Part shown: positions 46,901 to 58,570 of the stretch, in pieces | Position numbering within the stretch: position 1 is the first letter of the stretch | Layout: the number at the start of each line of letters is the position of its first letter | Source of the DNA: Hemiscyllium ocellatum | Lineage: Eukaryota | Assembly: GCF_020745735.1 (NCBI RefSeq) | Contig: NC_083435.1 | Location: 38,527,090 to 38,591,089 of the forward strand | Direction: 5' to 3' | Length of the DNA: 64,000 nt | Translations under genes and position numbers: made by a program | The notes under the pieces: model-generated | Databases searched by the model: none | What the model was told of the DNA's origin: nothing | What the model saw: the letters and a program-made list of their open reading frames with translations, nothing else

Positions 46901-49900
46901 TAGACAGACACATCTTGAGATTTAAAAAAAGGTTCTCTCTTTTAATTGTAATGTTAAACTGAGGTCATATCTGTCATCAGAGGTGGTTATCAAAGGATCC
47001 ATGATGTTCCTATCAAAAGAGCAGACCATTTTCTCAGCATCTCAGTCAAGATTTAGTTCCAACTAAGACCATCGGACACAAATTATATTGATTTCATTTC
47101 ATAGGCGGTTTTCTGGATCTTGCTATGTACACAACACATTGTATGTAAAGGACTCAAGGATATACTATATAAATTCTTCCTTTAGTTAACTTCCCATCCA
47201 CTACATAAAAATAGTCTAATTTTTGATGTGTACTGATAATGATTCGGAATTAGTTATACAGTAGTTGCTCATTATATATTTTACATATTGGTTAATTGTA
47301 CCTATTGCTGTGTCCTGTCTCTCCCCCTCAGTTGCCCCTCAGATTGCCATGTATCCTGAAGAGCCTGTCGAATGGGGACAGCCCAACACATTGATCTGTC
47401 TGGCTGATGGATTCTACCCTCCACACATCACCATGACATGGAAGAGGAACAGTGAGCCAGTGACTGATGAAGTCAACATTACGGAGTTCTATATGAAACA
47501 GGATTATTCCTATCAGAGATTCACGTACCTGAGCTTCATCCCAAATCCTGGAGACATGTATTCCTGTCACGTGGAACATGAGGGGCTGCAGGATCCAACC
47601 ACTGTATTCTGGGGTCAGTATTGATTTTATTGTGTAGGAGCTGAATTCATCCTAGTGTCTAATAAACTGGGTGTATTACCCAAACTCCCCCGCGTTTTCT
47701 TAAAAGGCCTCTTTTTAACCAAAATACTAGGTAGAATCCCAAGCAATAAGAAGTAATTAGTAATTACTTTGGCTGTTTAGTGGATTATACACCCACTCTA
47801 GATTCCAACAAAAAACTCACAACAATGTAATTAAGTCAAAGATTGGCATTCACAGAATGAGAAAAACCAAGTCCATCGTATAGTCTTCTGCAACATGTTT
47901 CCAGTCAGCTGAACTTACCCAGTCTTGATGCTGCAAAAAATAGATTTAAAACAACACCACACACACCAAAATCATACCAATTGCAATATATATCCATTTA
48001 CATTTTGAGATTTACTTGTCTTTGTTCTGCACGTTCTACACACTCTGACTTCTGTAGTTTAGTTTATTTTCACTGGTGATTATCTTCAGCAAGATTGAAA
48101 CCTAGGGTGATTGGGAAAACAGAGCTCCAAGATTTACCTAATTCTGAGAAACTGAATTTCACACCAAACCCTGTTTTACATTTTCAATGGAAAACTAATA
48201 AATTTAAGATTCTTTGGAAATGTTTTAAATGTATATAATCTATTTTGTTTGGTAATTCCCAGATTAAATTATTAATATAAACGCTTCTTTGTCTCCAATG
48301 TCTCTGTTCATTGTCTGTCCCTCTTCTTTTCCACTCTTTCTTCTTGCTTACTTTGTCTTTAATTTATTTTGCCGCTGTTTCTTCCCTTTCTTTCTCTAAA
48401 CACTGAGAGCTTAGAGGTTCTGAAGAATTTGGCCATAGATTGCAGTTGTCCTTTCTCCTCCACCTTATACTCCTTATTTTCCTTCTCAGCCAAGTTCTGA
48501 GTACTCTCATAAGGAAACTGGGGATTGGTTGGTTAGTGTTTTCCTCCTTTAGCTTCTAGAAACTCAAAATTTATTAATAATTGTAAAGCTTTATTCAGAG
48601 TAGTAAGGTAATACTCACAAAAGTAAATATTAGTTGTGATCGTAGTATTTATAATTATAAACAAGGAAGATATTAATTAATTAGCATCTATTGGTGAGAT
48701 GAAGTGTTGAGACCTTAGTAGGTGGGAGCTTGTCCAATTAGTGTCTGCAGCTAGAAAAAGTTTGACTTTGAGTTAATAAGCTGCAGTCAAGTTACAGAGA
48801 ACGTGAAGCATCACAGAAGGAGAAAGTTACCTGAATACTTTAATAATGAAAGCAGTCACACCTTGTTTTTATTCATTCATGAGTGAGACCCATGTGAGTG
48901 AGACCAGCAATTGTTGCCCATCTCTTATTATCTTTGAACTGGCATGCTTGGCCATTTTAGAGGGGAATTAAGTGTCAATAACTTTGCCATGAGTCTGAAT
49001 TCATATATATTCACAGGCCAGACCAGGTAAGAACAGCAGATTTCCTTCTTTATAGGATGTTAGTGAATCAGGTGGGTTTTAACAAAAATCTATATCACAA
49101 TCATTACTGAGACTAGCTTTTAATTTCTGGTTTTTTAATTGAATTTAAATTCCACTAACAACTTACTCTTTTGAAGCCATGTCCCTAGCCTGTTAGTCTT
49201 GGTTTCTGGATTATGAGTCCAGTGACATTATCACTGCAGCAGCAGTGTCAGCAGAGTTTGACTGAGAGTGTGGCAGGTAAGTGGATTGACAAGGTTGAAG
49301 ACCTTAGCCCCTGCAGTTACAGAGTCTTGGAATTATAGAGATGTACAGCATGGAAACAGACCCTTCGGTCCAACTCATCCATGCCAACCAGGTTTCCTAA
49401 ACTGAACTCATCCCATTTGTCTGCATTTGGTCTATATCCTTCTAAACCTTTCCTATTTGCATATCTGTCCAAATATCTTTTAAGTGTTGTAATTGTACTC
49501 ACCTCTACCACTTCTTCTAGTAGTTTGTTCCATATATGCATCATCCTCTGTGTGAAAACATTGCCCTTCAGTTCCTGTTTAGATATTTTTTTGTCTCATC
49601 TAAACCTATGCCTTCAAGTTTTGGACTCCCTGACCCTAGGGAAAAGACATCTTTACCTTACCCTTTCCCCTCATGATTTTATAAAAATCTCTATAAGGTC
49701 ACCCCTCAGCCTCCGATCTCCAGGGAAAGAAGTCCAAGCCAATCTCGCCTCTCCTTATAACTCAAACCGTCCAGTCCCGCTAACAGCTTTGTAAATCTTT
49801 CTGCACCCTTTCCAATTTAATAACATACTTCCTATAGCTGGGTGACCAGAATTGTATGCTGTACTCCAAATGTAGCCTTACCAATATCTTGTATAGCCGC

Positions 49901-52900
49901 AACATGATGTCTCAGCTCCTGTACTCGATGCATTGACTGATGAAGGCAAGCTGCCAAACAACTTAACACATGCCTCCTTCATTTTCTTTACCAGAGCCTC
50001 AGTCTCTGTAGTAATCCAGTGTATTCCCATCTACCTGTGACACAATTTTCAAGGAACAATGTACTGACACCTCAAGGTCACTCTGTTCCACAACACTGCC
50101 CAGGTCCCTACCATTAATTGTATAAGTCCTGCCTTGATTTGTCTTAACAAAATGAAATACACTGCATTCTTCTAAATTGAACTCCATCTGCCATTCCTTG
50201 GCTCAGTTGATCAAGATCCAGTTGTAGTCCTAGATAACATTCTTCATTGTCCATTGCACCACCATTTTTGGTGTCATCCGCAGACTTACTAACGATGCTT
50301 CCTATATTCTCATCCAAATCAGTTATATAAACGACAAACAAGAATGGACCCAGCACCAAACCTTGCGGCACACCACTGGTCACAGGCCTCTAGTCTAAAC
50401 AACAACCCTCTACCACCTCCCTCTGTTTGGGACCATCAAGCCACTTTTTTAATCCAATGAGCTAGCTCTCCCTACAGCAGCATGCTGAGGACAGACATGT
50501 AGGCTTGCGAGCAGGACACTGTGTGAAAATGCCCAGCTGTAGGAAGGTCAGGGTTCTGTTTGTGCACAGACCAGAGGTGTTCCGAATGCGGCCACCCAGT
50601 CTGCATTTGGTCTCTCCAATGTAGAGTAGGCCGTGTTGAGTGCAGCGAATACAATACACAAGATTGGAGGAGGTACAGGTGAAATGCTGCTTCACCTGGA
50701 AAGACTGTTTAGGCCCTTGGATGGTGAGCAGGGAGGAGGTAGAGGTGTTGCACGTTCTATGGTTACATCGGAAGGAGTGGTGGTGTTGGTGATTGTGGAA
50801 TGGTCCAGTAGGAATGGTCTCTGCAAAATCTGCAGGCATTAGATACAGTTAATGTTGTAGCCAGGCCATGCAAAGCAAATAAACTGTGTGTCATGTCTGA
50901 GTTATAGTATCCACTGATATCCTGATGTCCAAGTCTGTGTACTAAAGAATGTTCTTATTCAAAAGTCTATATATAAAGATGCAGCCTACAACAGGACACA
51001 CCCAAACAGAATGCAGTTACAGCAGCAAGTTATGCAGAAGAGACTTGTGTAAATGCAGGTCACACACCAAGTTCACAGCACAAGATGTGAGACCCAGAGT
51101 AGAACAACATCCAACCAGACGGTGAACAGGCTTTCAACATTCTGAATGTAACACATGATATTAACCTGCTGGAAGTTTCTCCACAACCAACATAATTTGC
51201 ACAAAGAAAACTGGCAAGCACACATTCAACCACAGACTGACATTGACTGGACCTAGTGAAGGACATGTACCAGGACCATCAAAACGCTATCGTACTACTG
51301 AAAGCCACGACATTAACTGTAGACAATGGGTTTCCCATCTCTTTCATTGCTGCATTAACAGTGTAATGTAGCTACAGTAATTAAACATGGAAACCTCAAA
51401 TATTTTATCCGCTGGACACAAACCGACCAACAATGGCAGAACTACCGTGTATACAGCTCTCAAAACTATGTGTACAGCTACTCACAGATCACCAAGCTAC
51501 ACATGGTAGCAGAAAAGACAGAGAATATTCTTATTGACTCAGTCCAGGATTTACAACAATTGTATAATAATAGGTTTAATGTCATAGAAAGTTTCAGCAG
51601 TGACACTATATTGCACTTCAAAGAGCATAAAAATCCATCAGTTGACCCTCCCAGATAGTGTGGTGTTCACATACAGGAAAAGCTTAAATATAAGTGTGAA
51701 GATTTGGAATACAATGACACCATCCATCATATGCATCCCCATACAAATACCTTTGATGCTGTAAGCAGATTGCCAAACCCGAACAAGAATATCAGCATCC
51801 CACTGGAATTAAACATTGACATCATTAATATTCAGGTGGAAGATCTTCTTAATCTATTGCATTTTGTTCAACAACGCCAATTCAAAACAACAAGCACCCC
51901 ATAACTGAAGGCCCACATTATCATTATTAATGTTATCATTGAAAGGTGGCCTGACATTGTTAGAGGTTCCAAGCATTCTCAGATAATTCTGACCTTTACA
52001 GAGATGAGCTCAGTATCTCAAGGGGCATCATTTTGAAAGGTAAGCAAGTACTCATGCCTAAAACTCTCTGTCAGGGCATATTGTTACAACTATGCCAGGG
52101 AATTTATGAGCCTTGAGCAGATGTGATGACTGTTATGTGATTCAGTCTATTAGCTAGTACTGTAATTAGTAGTGGCATCAAAAGTAGGTGAGGCTGTGGG
52201 AGGTATGTCAGTGCCACCAGCCACAGCAACGTAGAGAACATTTACATCCATATGAGATTCCAGCAATGCTTTCGTCCAAAAATGGGCATTGATCCAGTTA
52301 TCATGATAGGAGATAGTTTCATGTTTGTCATTGATTTATTTCTCCAAATGTCCAATTATCAGACAGGTAAGACATTGGAGGTGCAGTGGCAAATGATTTT
52401 TAGGGAGATATTTAATGGCTCAGACTGGAGTGCTGCATCAGGAAACCTCAGTACAGGGAAATTGGCCTGAAATTTAATGTTTCTGATAGACAATTCCACT
52501 GCAACTCGAACTGTCCAAAAGCATCCATTAAAAACGGAGTTTGGAGAGTCCTGACTCATTTAAATTTATAGCCACCGAGAAAAGGTTACAGGATTAAAAA
52601 CGTATCCTAACTCCAATGTAAATAGTAACTTGAACCCTAGATTCACCAGTGACTCCCATCCACACCACCGATGTCTGTAACATCTAGACCTATCATCAGT
52701 ATATAATGCTATTTAGGGACTCAGGTACAGAGATCATGAAAATATCCTGAGCAGGTCCAGAAAATAATCAAAATCCTCAGAGAATTCAAGGAATAGAATA
52801 CAAGGAGGGAGAAGTTATGTGTACATGCGCCTACACATACACGTACACACAAATACACACACACACACATATATGCATACATGGTTGCACAGAGAGATAT

Positions 52901-55065
52901 GCACACATGCATACAAACAAATATGTACATACATGGACACACGAGCACACGTACACACACAAACACTCATAGGCACACACAAACATACATATGTGCACAC
53001 AAACACTCGTTTATGTACACAGACATGGAGACACACACACACATACAAACACAACACATATGTATACAATCACTTGTACTTGCACACAAACATTTGTACA
53101 CACAGAAAAATATACACACTTGTGCACACAAACATGCACACACGTAGACACAAACACGTGCACATGCACACGCACATACACTTAGATACGTACACATGCA
53201 CAAACACATGTACAAGCATGTACATACATATGCACATACGCACACATGCACACACAAACACTTGCACACACGTACACACAGAACACAAGGGCACACATGC
53301 ACACACACACACAGAACACACACACACACAACGCATACACATGAAGAGAGCAGACACACAAGTACGCACAGCACACTCCCCACATACACACAAACACGCG
53401 CACACACACACACACACAGAACCCACACACACAGAATACACACACACAGAGCATACATATGCATAGAACACATACATTCACAGAATATACACACAAACAC
53501 ACAGTTGACAAAGGCACACACAGAACTCTCCCGTACACAGAATGCACACAACACACATAGACACATACACAGAACTCACATACACAGACCACACACACAG
53601 AATGTGTATGTATATACAAACAGAGTCATACACTAAACACACACTCACACATGTATCTACACACAGAGACGCATATACACAATACGTACTGTTGGGATCC
53701 ATTATTAAGGTGAGGTAGTGTAAGAAACTTTATTGTTAGGTAGTGCTCACGTAAGGTAGTATTAGCAAGTCTGGAACTTGTTAGCTTCACTAGACAACAG
53801 TAAGCCAATATGTTACACTAAGAACAGACTGAAAAGCTGATGGCATAGCCTGAAGAGGCCCCAGGGAGGGTGAGAGATAACAGGACATTGAAGCCGTGTC
53901 TAAATGCACGTAGCTCAAACTGAGGTAATAGAATGTTATCAGGCGAGAACCAATGACATACTAAAATTCTGCTTTTTACCAAATAAGGATGTAACTCTGG
54001 AATGTGAGAGAACAAAAGGATAGACAAATTAAAAAATAGGCAGAATGCGCCTTCTCCAGTGAGCTAGACACCTCACTGTACTGTGTACGATTCTCTCTCA
54101 TTAAACCTGTTTATACTTTTAATCAGACCCGGTGTCTCTCTCCTCCAAACGAACACGGGGACAGAGGATCTGTCCCAACAGTACTCACACATGCACAGAA
54201 TGTACACACACCGAACATACATATGCACACGCAAAGGATACACACAGAACACACGCACCATCCACACACACACAGAGCACACACATATAGAACGCATGCA
54301 TGCACACACACATATGCACACACAACACGCACACTCAGGCACACACACACACAAAACATACAGGTTGTCAACATAGAAGAATTGCCTTGTGGAAAATTCA
54401 ATCTTCCAGCAATTCCTTTAGAGTCTGCTACAATGGAGATTCTACAGGGTCCCATGCACAACATCCTCCTTCACTGGAATAACACTGTCTGGTCAGCTGG
54501 AATTCCAAGCCAGTGTTGGGCTATGAATGAAGAGCAGGTGATTGAGACTGGTTGGGTAACTCTTTCAAAGATCCAGTAATGGGATGCTGAGCCAAATAGC
54601 TGTAATTCCACTGTGTGCTTTTATAAATATCTCACATCTCTGCTCATAACTAGTTTCCCAGTCCTGGTACTGTCTGATGAATCTATCTTATTCTTTCTAT
54701 AGTGTAAAATCCTTTCTTTACAAATAGCATTGCCATCAGTAATTCCTAGCCTTTGGAATCTTGTGTATGTGACTAACATAATTACAGCACGGCCTGTGGG
54801 CATTTAAGCTGTTAATGCATAACAGCATAAGTGAGACCCTCTAACAGTCTCTCCACTCTGTTGTCATCTTGAGTTTCACTATGAGACACTCATTCGTTTC
54901 CTACCTCTCTCTAATGTAGAACCTGAAGTACCTGAGGAACAGTCTGGTCCTTGGACAGTGATCTGTGTTCTGGGAATTATCCTGGGAATTATCAGTGCTG
55001 TTGTGGGGGTCATCTTACTGATTAAAGAGAGACAGCGGCTGCAGGCTCAGCAACACGGCATCTAG
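31932..55065 (+). CDS. MHC-IIA: MHC class II alpha chain, spliced CDS join(31932..31998,38348..38596,47332..47613,54920..55065), 247 aa
   Basis: Exons of 67+249+282+146=744 nt, all introns GT-AG phase 1, no stops. Protein: [247 protein letters not shown]. From memory this closely resembles nurse shark class II alpha. Confidence 0.96.
32360..32870 (-). mobile_element. L2-type LINE 3' fragment (intron 1)
   Basis: AACTTCCATTTATATAGCACTTT tail and GAGGGAATTCCAGA...GTTTAAACACAAGGATGAGAGTTTTA body resemble recalled vertebrate L2 3' ends; degenerate. Confidence 0.55.
32900..33480. mobile_element. CR1 3' fragment (+, 32900-33276) abutting a Neptune-PLE terminus (-, 33277-33480)
   Basis: TTTAAAATTAGGAATCGCCCTTTTAGGAAAGAGATGAGG (CR1 3'); then CTGAAAAACGTGTTGCTGGAAAAGCGCAGC...GGCTAAGATAAAAGGTAGGG, the reverse complement of 27440-27630. 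Confidence 0.75.
34318..34770. mobile_element. Third-family PLE terminus (-, 34318-34510) and CR1 3' fragment (+, 34525-34770)
   Basis: Minus strand ATGATGAAGGAGCAGCACTTCGAAAGCTAG is a hammerhead-like core with the first C mutated and an AGCU palindrome; TCCAAAACTAGAGGGCGTAGGTTTAAGGTG is the HER1/CR1 3' region. Confidence 0.6.
35560..36330 (-). mobile_element. RTE-clade LINE fragment
   Basis: ORF 35959-36216: [35 protein letters not shown] resembles the RTE thumb motif YLGS...EIQHRL...AFGRLRxRVF. Confidence 0.65.
36460..37135 (-). mobile_element. CR1/HER1-type LINE 3' fragment
   Basis: Reverse-complement similarity to 45510-46030 and 59421-60155 (CACCACCCTCTGTGTGAAAAAC, CCAGGCAACATCCTGGTAAATC, GACCAGAACTG). 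Confidence 0.8.
37257..37657 (-). mobile_element. Neptune-PLE terminal fragment with inverted tail and 15-bp TSD
   Basis: AGATAACTTATTAAG at 37242-37256 and 37658-37672. The minus-strand arm carries an intact core CTGAAGA-A-GGGC-TCAT-GCCC-GAAACGTT (37321-37348); tail GCATCTGCAGTCCTCACTTTCTCCT sits on + at the right end. Confidence 0.9.
38348..38596 (+). CDS. MHC-IIA: MHC class II alpha exon 2 (alpha1 peptide-binding domain)
   Basis: Acceptor (CA)8G|AT, donor T|GTAAGT; F-D-x-E-E-D-G-D-E-x-L-Y-M-D-F strand motif; helix [10 protein letters not shown] carries the N62/N69 equivalents; NLS sequon. Confidence 0.95.
40414..42598. mobile_element. Cluster of LTR-like fragments in intron 2
   Basis: TGTTATGACATGGGGTAAA at 40414; ...TTTACCCTGTGTTGTAACA ending 41280 with AATAAA near 41153; a further end ...GTGTTATAACA at 42598. 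The 40414 end resembles the left end of the LTR at 61913. Confidence 0.5.
43111..43355. mobile_element. Non-autonomous PLE-derived hairpin insertion with 15-bp TSD
   Basis: TTGTGCTAAATGAGA at 43096-43110 and 43356-43370. Inverted arms AAAAACAGAAATTGCTGGAAAA...GAGTTAATGTTTCA / TGAAACATTAACTC...TTTTCCAGCAATTTCTGTTTTT; extra ~40-nt tail on the left arm only. Confidence 0.9.
43552..43806 (-). mobile_element. Short solo LTR (255 bp)
   Basis: Minus strand starts TGTAGTGACTGGAAC and ends GGAGTTATTTCA (TG...CA), with AATAAA ~45 nt before the end. TSD not clear. Confidence 0.6.
45510..46030 (+). mobile_element. HER1/CR1 LINE 3' end
   Basis: ORFs 45521-45706 ([16 protein letters not shown]...[12 protein letters not shown]) and 45760-45954 ([20 protein letters not shown]); tail GGGTCTGTTTCCATGCTGTA. 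Confidence 0.9.
47332..47613 (+). CDS. MHC-IIA: MHC class II alpha exon 3 (alpha2 Ig C1 domain)
   Basis: 282 nt; [13 protein letters not shown]...W...YSCHVEH; acceptor CCCCCTCAG|TT, donor G|GTCAGT; NIT sequon. Confidence 0.97.
48865..49170 (-). mobile_element. Deu-domain SINE (SacSINE1/AmnSINE1-like), degenerate
   Basis: + strand AGGCCAGACCAGGTAAGAACAGCAGATTTCCTTC...TTAGTGAATCAGGTGGGTTTT is the reverse complement of the recalled Deu core; same block at 63900-64000. Confidence 0.55.
49325..50460 (-). mobile_element. HER1/CR1 LINE 3' 1.1 kb
   Basis: ORFs 50144-50383 ([29 protein letters not shown]), 49999-50187 and 49317-49544; same tail as the 59421 copy. Confidence 0.9.
50462..50840 (-). 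mobile_element. Neptune-type PLE GIY-YIG fragment
   Basis: ORF 50462-50839: [43 protein letters not shown], paralogous to the 24323-24940 frame but divergent. Confidence 0.85.
51650..52560 (+). mobile_element. Gypsy/Ty3 pol remnant (RNase H end and integrase start)
   Basis: DAVSRLP (ADALSR motif) at ~51755; [32 protein letters not shown] at ~51998-52090 (integrase zinc-finger leader); heavily mutated. Confidence 0.7.
52818..54362. repeat. Compound (CA)n-rich array split by a solo LTR (52818-53689 and 54181-54362)
   Basis: Degenerate CA/TA/CG dinucleotide runs; source of the His/Thr and Val/Cys ORFs. Confidence 0.92.
53690..54180 (+). mobile_element. Solo LTR, 491 bp, with 4-bp TSD
   Basis: Perfect 8-bp terminal inverted repeat TGTTGGGA/TCCCAACA; GTAC at 53686-53689 and 54181-54184; ATTAAA at 54100-54105 about 75 nt before the 3' end, giving the + orientation. 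Confidence 0.9.
54920..55065 (+). CDS. MHC-IIA: MHC class II alpha exon 4 (connecting peptide, transmembrane, cytoplasmic tail)
   Basis: Acceptor CTCTCTCTAATGTAG|AA; [23 protein letters not shown] with class IIA C/G spacing; TAG at 55063-55065, then GG|GTAAGT donor. Confidence 0.95.
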
Positions 55066-55559
55066 GGGTAAGTATAGGGTGCAGTGTCTGTGTTTATAAC
55101 ACATGTTCAGGAATGTTACACAAGGTCACTACTCCTTATTCCTGTACACACATGGGCAGCACTGAGCTGGTCTGCTATACCCTTTGCTGACATTCACATG
55201 AAGAATCAGTCCTTGGGTGAGATGGAGATGGGATCCTTTCAGAGCTGTCATCATTGGACATTATTTTTCACTGAGACCATATCACTGCAATAATCTACCC
55301 AGCCATTTCAGGGCTTTCTGATGAGCACATTTATCCCATTGGCACTGCCACCGGTCTTCCATTAACCTGCAGGCGTACAGTGGCACTTTCTAAATTTTAA
55401 AGCACTCTGAGAATAAGGACAGTATATGAGCGTGGACTGTAGACCACAATTATAGGAAGCATACAGAGAAGTAAATTTGGGGGTGAATTATGGGGGGAAG
55501 CTGCAAAATCTACAGAAGGTGAAGAGGAATTCATACTGTCCGCAGTGTCTTAGATCAGT

Positions 55560-56620
55560 GGGTAGCATTGAATACTTCACTCCAATCTGCATGGGACAGC
55601 ACTTGACTATTCGGCCCCTCCACCATCCCAGTAAGATCGCGGGTAATCTCCAACTTTACAACAATTATCCATCTTTATCCCACTTCTCTTCATATTTTTG
55701 GATAACAAAACATCTATTAATCTCTAATTTAAAGTTCACCACTGATCAGACTTGCCATTTGTGAAAGTGAGTTTTAAACTTCTACCATCCTTTGTGTGTA
55801 GCAATGTTTTCTAATGTTTTCTCTGACCAGGTCCAGCTCTAGTTTTTACATTATGCTGCCTAGTTGTATACTCAGCAAACTAGTGAAATAACTTATATCT
55901 GCTTATGTTGATGGCTCCCAGTGATTACTTTGAAACTTTGATCACCACTAAACGTTGACCTTCCTAATTCCAGGGAATATAACCCTAGATTGTTTAATCC
56001 CTCTTTATAATGTAGCAATCCGGGATCATTCTGGTAAATTTGCACTGCACCCCCTCCAAGGCTAATACCTCCTGCCTGTGGTGAGGTTTCTAGGACTGCT
56101 CCCAATATTCCAGGCATAATCAAACCAGGGCTTTGTATCACTAAAATATGACTTTCCCCCCCCCGCTTCTGTTCTTTTCTTCGAGAGATAAAGACCAGCA
56201 TTGCATCAGCTTTTCTCATTATTTTCCTTTTCTGTTCATGACATTTTCATGATCTGGACCTTCACTGTTTCTATTTCGCACCATTTGTCAAAATGGGTGC
56301 TCCCACATTTCCTACATATACTTCCATTTGCCACAGTTTTGTCCATTTGCTTGACCTTTTAATATCTCTGTGATTTTATACTTCTATCTACACTGCTGAC
56401 AGTGCTATTTTTGTGTCATCAGCAAATATGGATATATGTTTTTCCATCCCATCATCTAAACCTTTCATGAATATAGGGAATAGTTGAGACCACAAAACAG
56501 ATTTTGTGTGTCTCCACATTCCACATGCTGCCAATTACAGAACGTTACCATTATCCCTGCTGTGTCTCCTACCACTCAGCATCTTCTCACCAAGTCAATA
56601 ATTTACCTTCAATTCAACTT
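55560..56620 (-). mobile_element. Old CR1-type LINE fragment
   Basis: ORF 55893-56219 (MLVFISR...LNNLGLYSLE) and GTCATCAGCAAA (FADD on minus strand); degenerate. Confidence 0.65.
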
Positions 56621-58193
56621 TACCTGACAGCCTGTAATGAGGAGCTGTACCTGCACCGCTCCAGTTGACCTGTGCTATATGAGACATGAGACACAGTAAG
56701 TTCACATATGCTGCTGCAGTTAGGCCTGTCTTTGGTGGCGCTACGCAAATGAACTTTGTGTACTATATTTTCTAACTGCTGTAATATTGATCTGTCTGTC
56801 ATTGCTAATCTTAATCAATCTCTGACCATCAAAATTCTACGTCAGGAACAACACAGTTAGATAAATCAACAAATATCTGTCACTGAGCCTGATTTACAAA
56901 TGAAGTTCACACATATGCAGCCAATGAATTTGTGGTTGTGCAATAATTTTCAGTTCTTCAAGACAGTTTATTTCTGATCTGTCCAGACAACTCCAACAAG
57001 CAGATGCTTCTTTATTCCACAGATGGTTTCAAACTCATTTCTTTATTGTTACTCTTAGCCTTTTCAACTATAACTGCATTGAATCAAATATCATTTTTGC
57101 TGTAAAACTCAAATTTTTTTCCAAGATTTAAAACTATTCCCAAGTGAAACTGCTATTTCAATAATCACTTTCTCAACTTTAACTTCCAATCTTTGCTACA
57201 TTCTCAGAGGAGTGTAGCTTTTATTTGTTATTTCTCCCGTATACACCTGATACAGTAAAGAAACGAGGCAGTGTTCCTCCAGGACCAAGGTGCTACATGG
57301 ACAGCACAAACTACATTGAACACAGCTTGAAGTGCATAAAAAGTGCAAAACACGCAAGTTACAGTGTAAAAGAATGATGAATAACAGGCATTTTTCTAGC
57401 AGCAATACAAAAGAATTTCAGATGGGAAACAATCTGATTATGCTCTGTTAAGGGGCCTGATGGTCTGGGGGGAAGACACTGTTGCACATTCTGGCCGTGA
57501 GAGACTGAATGCTGCGGTATCTTCTGCCAGGTGGCAGGAGGGAGAAGCATTTGAGTGAGAGGTATGTGGAGTCTTCCACAATGCTCTTAGCCTTTCAGAT
57601 ACAGTGTGTGGAGTAAGTGTCTGAAATGGAGGGAAGTGAGACCCCAGTGATCTTCTCAGCTTGTCATATAAAATGCTATTTAAATACAAGTTGTTTCTTG
57701 CCATCCAGTTCTCATGTTTTAATGTACCATCAGTGCATTTATTTAGTTTTATCTTGTCTATATGCTTCATGCCTTGGTTCTATCTGCACTATTATCATTG
57801 GCTCTTCATAGTTGTATTTTAATGTTCAAACTCATGGGGAAAAGATGGGGAAAATCTTTTACATGATAGGAGCACACATTTTGAAATTGTGAATCTTCTG
57901 ACCCAGATTTTCTATCTGCAACATCAAATGGATTTTGGATCTGTGTGCCATTTCCTGATAGGCACACCCAGAAGGGCTGAAGCAGAGCCACTTACAGTTT
58001 GGAGTAATCTCTTTATTGATGGAGTCGCTGTATTCAAGCTGGGCACTTTTCTCCTGCTTGGGATACCACAGTCTAGTTTGTCAGTGTTAGCTATCCATTG
58101 CATTTAATAACAGGTGGTAGTTTTGCTCATTGTATGTGCTGTTCTTCCATAGACTTACTTATTGTAATTAATTTACTTTCACATTCTACACAG

Positions 58194-58570
58194 ATGCTAG
58201 AACACACTCAAGGTACTGATGGAAGGATTGTGCAAAAAAGGAGATAGGAAATCAATATATTCAGCTTCTCATGTATATTGATGGCTTTCTTTTCAGTTTA
58301 AGTGGGAGACAGAAAATGCTTTACCAAACCATGAATTCATCATCTTCGGACTGCATCCTCTCATTGCACCGAGAAACATCATCGTTCAGCTTCCCTGACC
58401 CACAGCATTGTCTCCTCTCACACTTTGTGTAAGCCAGAGCAAACTGAAACTCATTTCTGCAGCTAAACAGGTCTAATATAATTTTATCCTCTGAATTCAT
58501 GATGATTCTTTAAACAATTTTCCAATATGGACTGATTTGTTTGAAATAAAACATCTCTTTTTCTTGTACC
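58194..58570 (+). other. Candidate untranslated exon 5 of the class II alpha gene
   Basis: Acceptor-like ATTTACTTTCACATTCTACACAG| at 58193, then ~350 nt of non-repeat sequence, AATAAA at 58545-58550 and a T-rich downstream element. Inferred from the donor at 55068; no transcript evidence. Confidence 0.35.

Noticed and set aside
38597-47342. Alternative donor (38600|GTAACT) and second acceptor (47342) around intron 2
   Set aside because: +4 and -11 nt respectively; out of frame alone or together, so only 38596>47332 gives the intact protein.
52721-54579. His/Thr-rich and Cys/Val-rich ORFs
   Set aside because: Translations of the CA/TG dinucleotide array.
31932-55065. DM-like or W-category identity for the gene
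   Set aside because: It keeps the peptide-binding Asn residues and an ordinary class IIA TM and tail; alpha2 reads TEFYMKQDY rather than the beta2m-like L/F/W pattern expected of WA; DM is not known from cartilaginous fish. A tree would confirm.
57200-57660. Host exon in ORFs 57196-57811
   Set aside because: No recognisable domain; sequence looks like decayed LINE 3' end, family not assignable with confidence.
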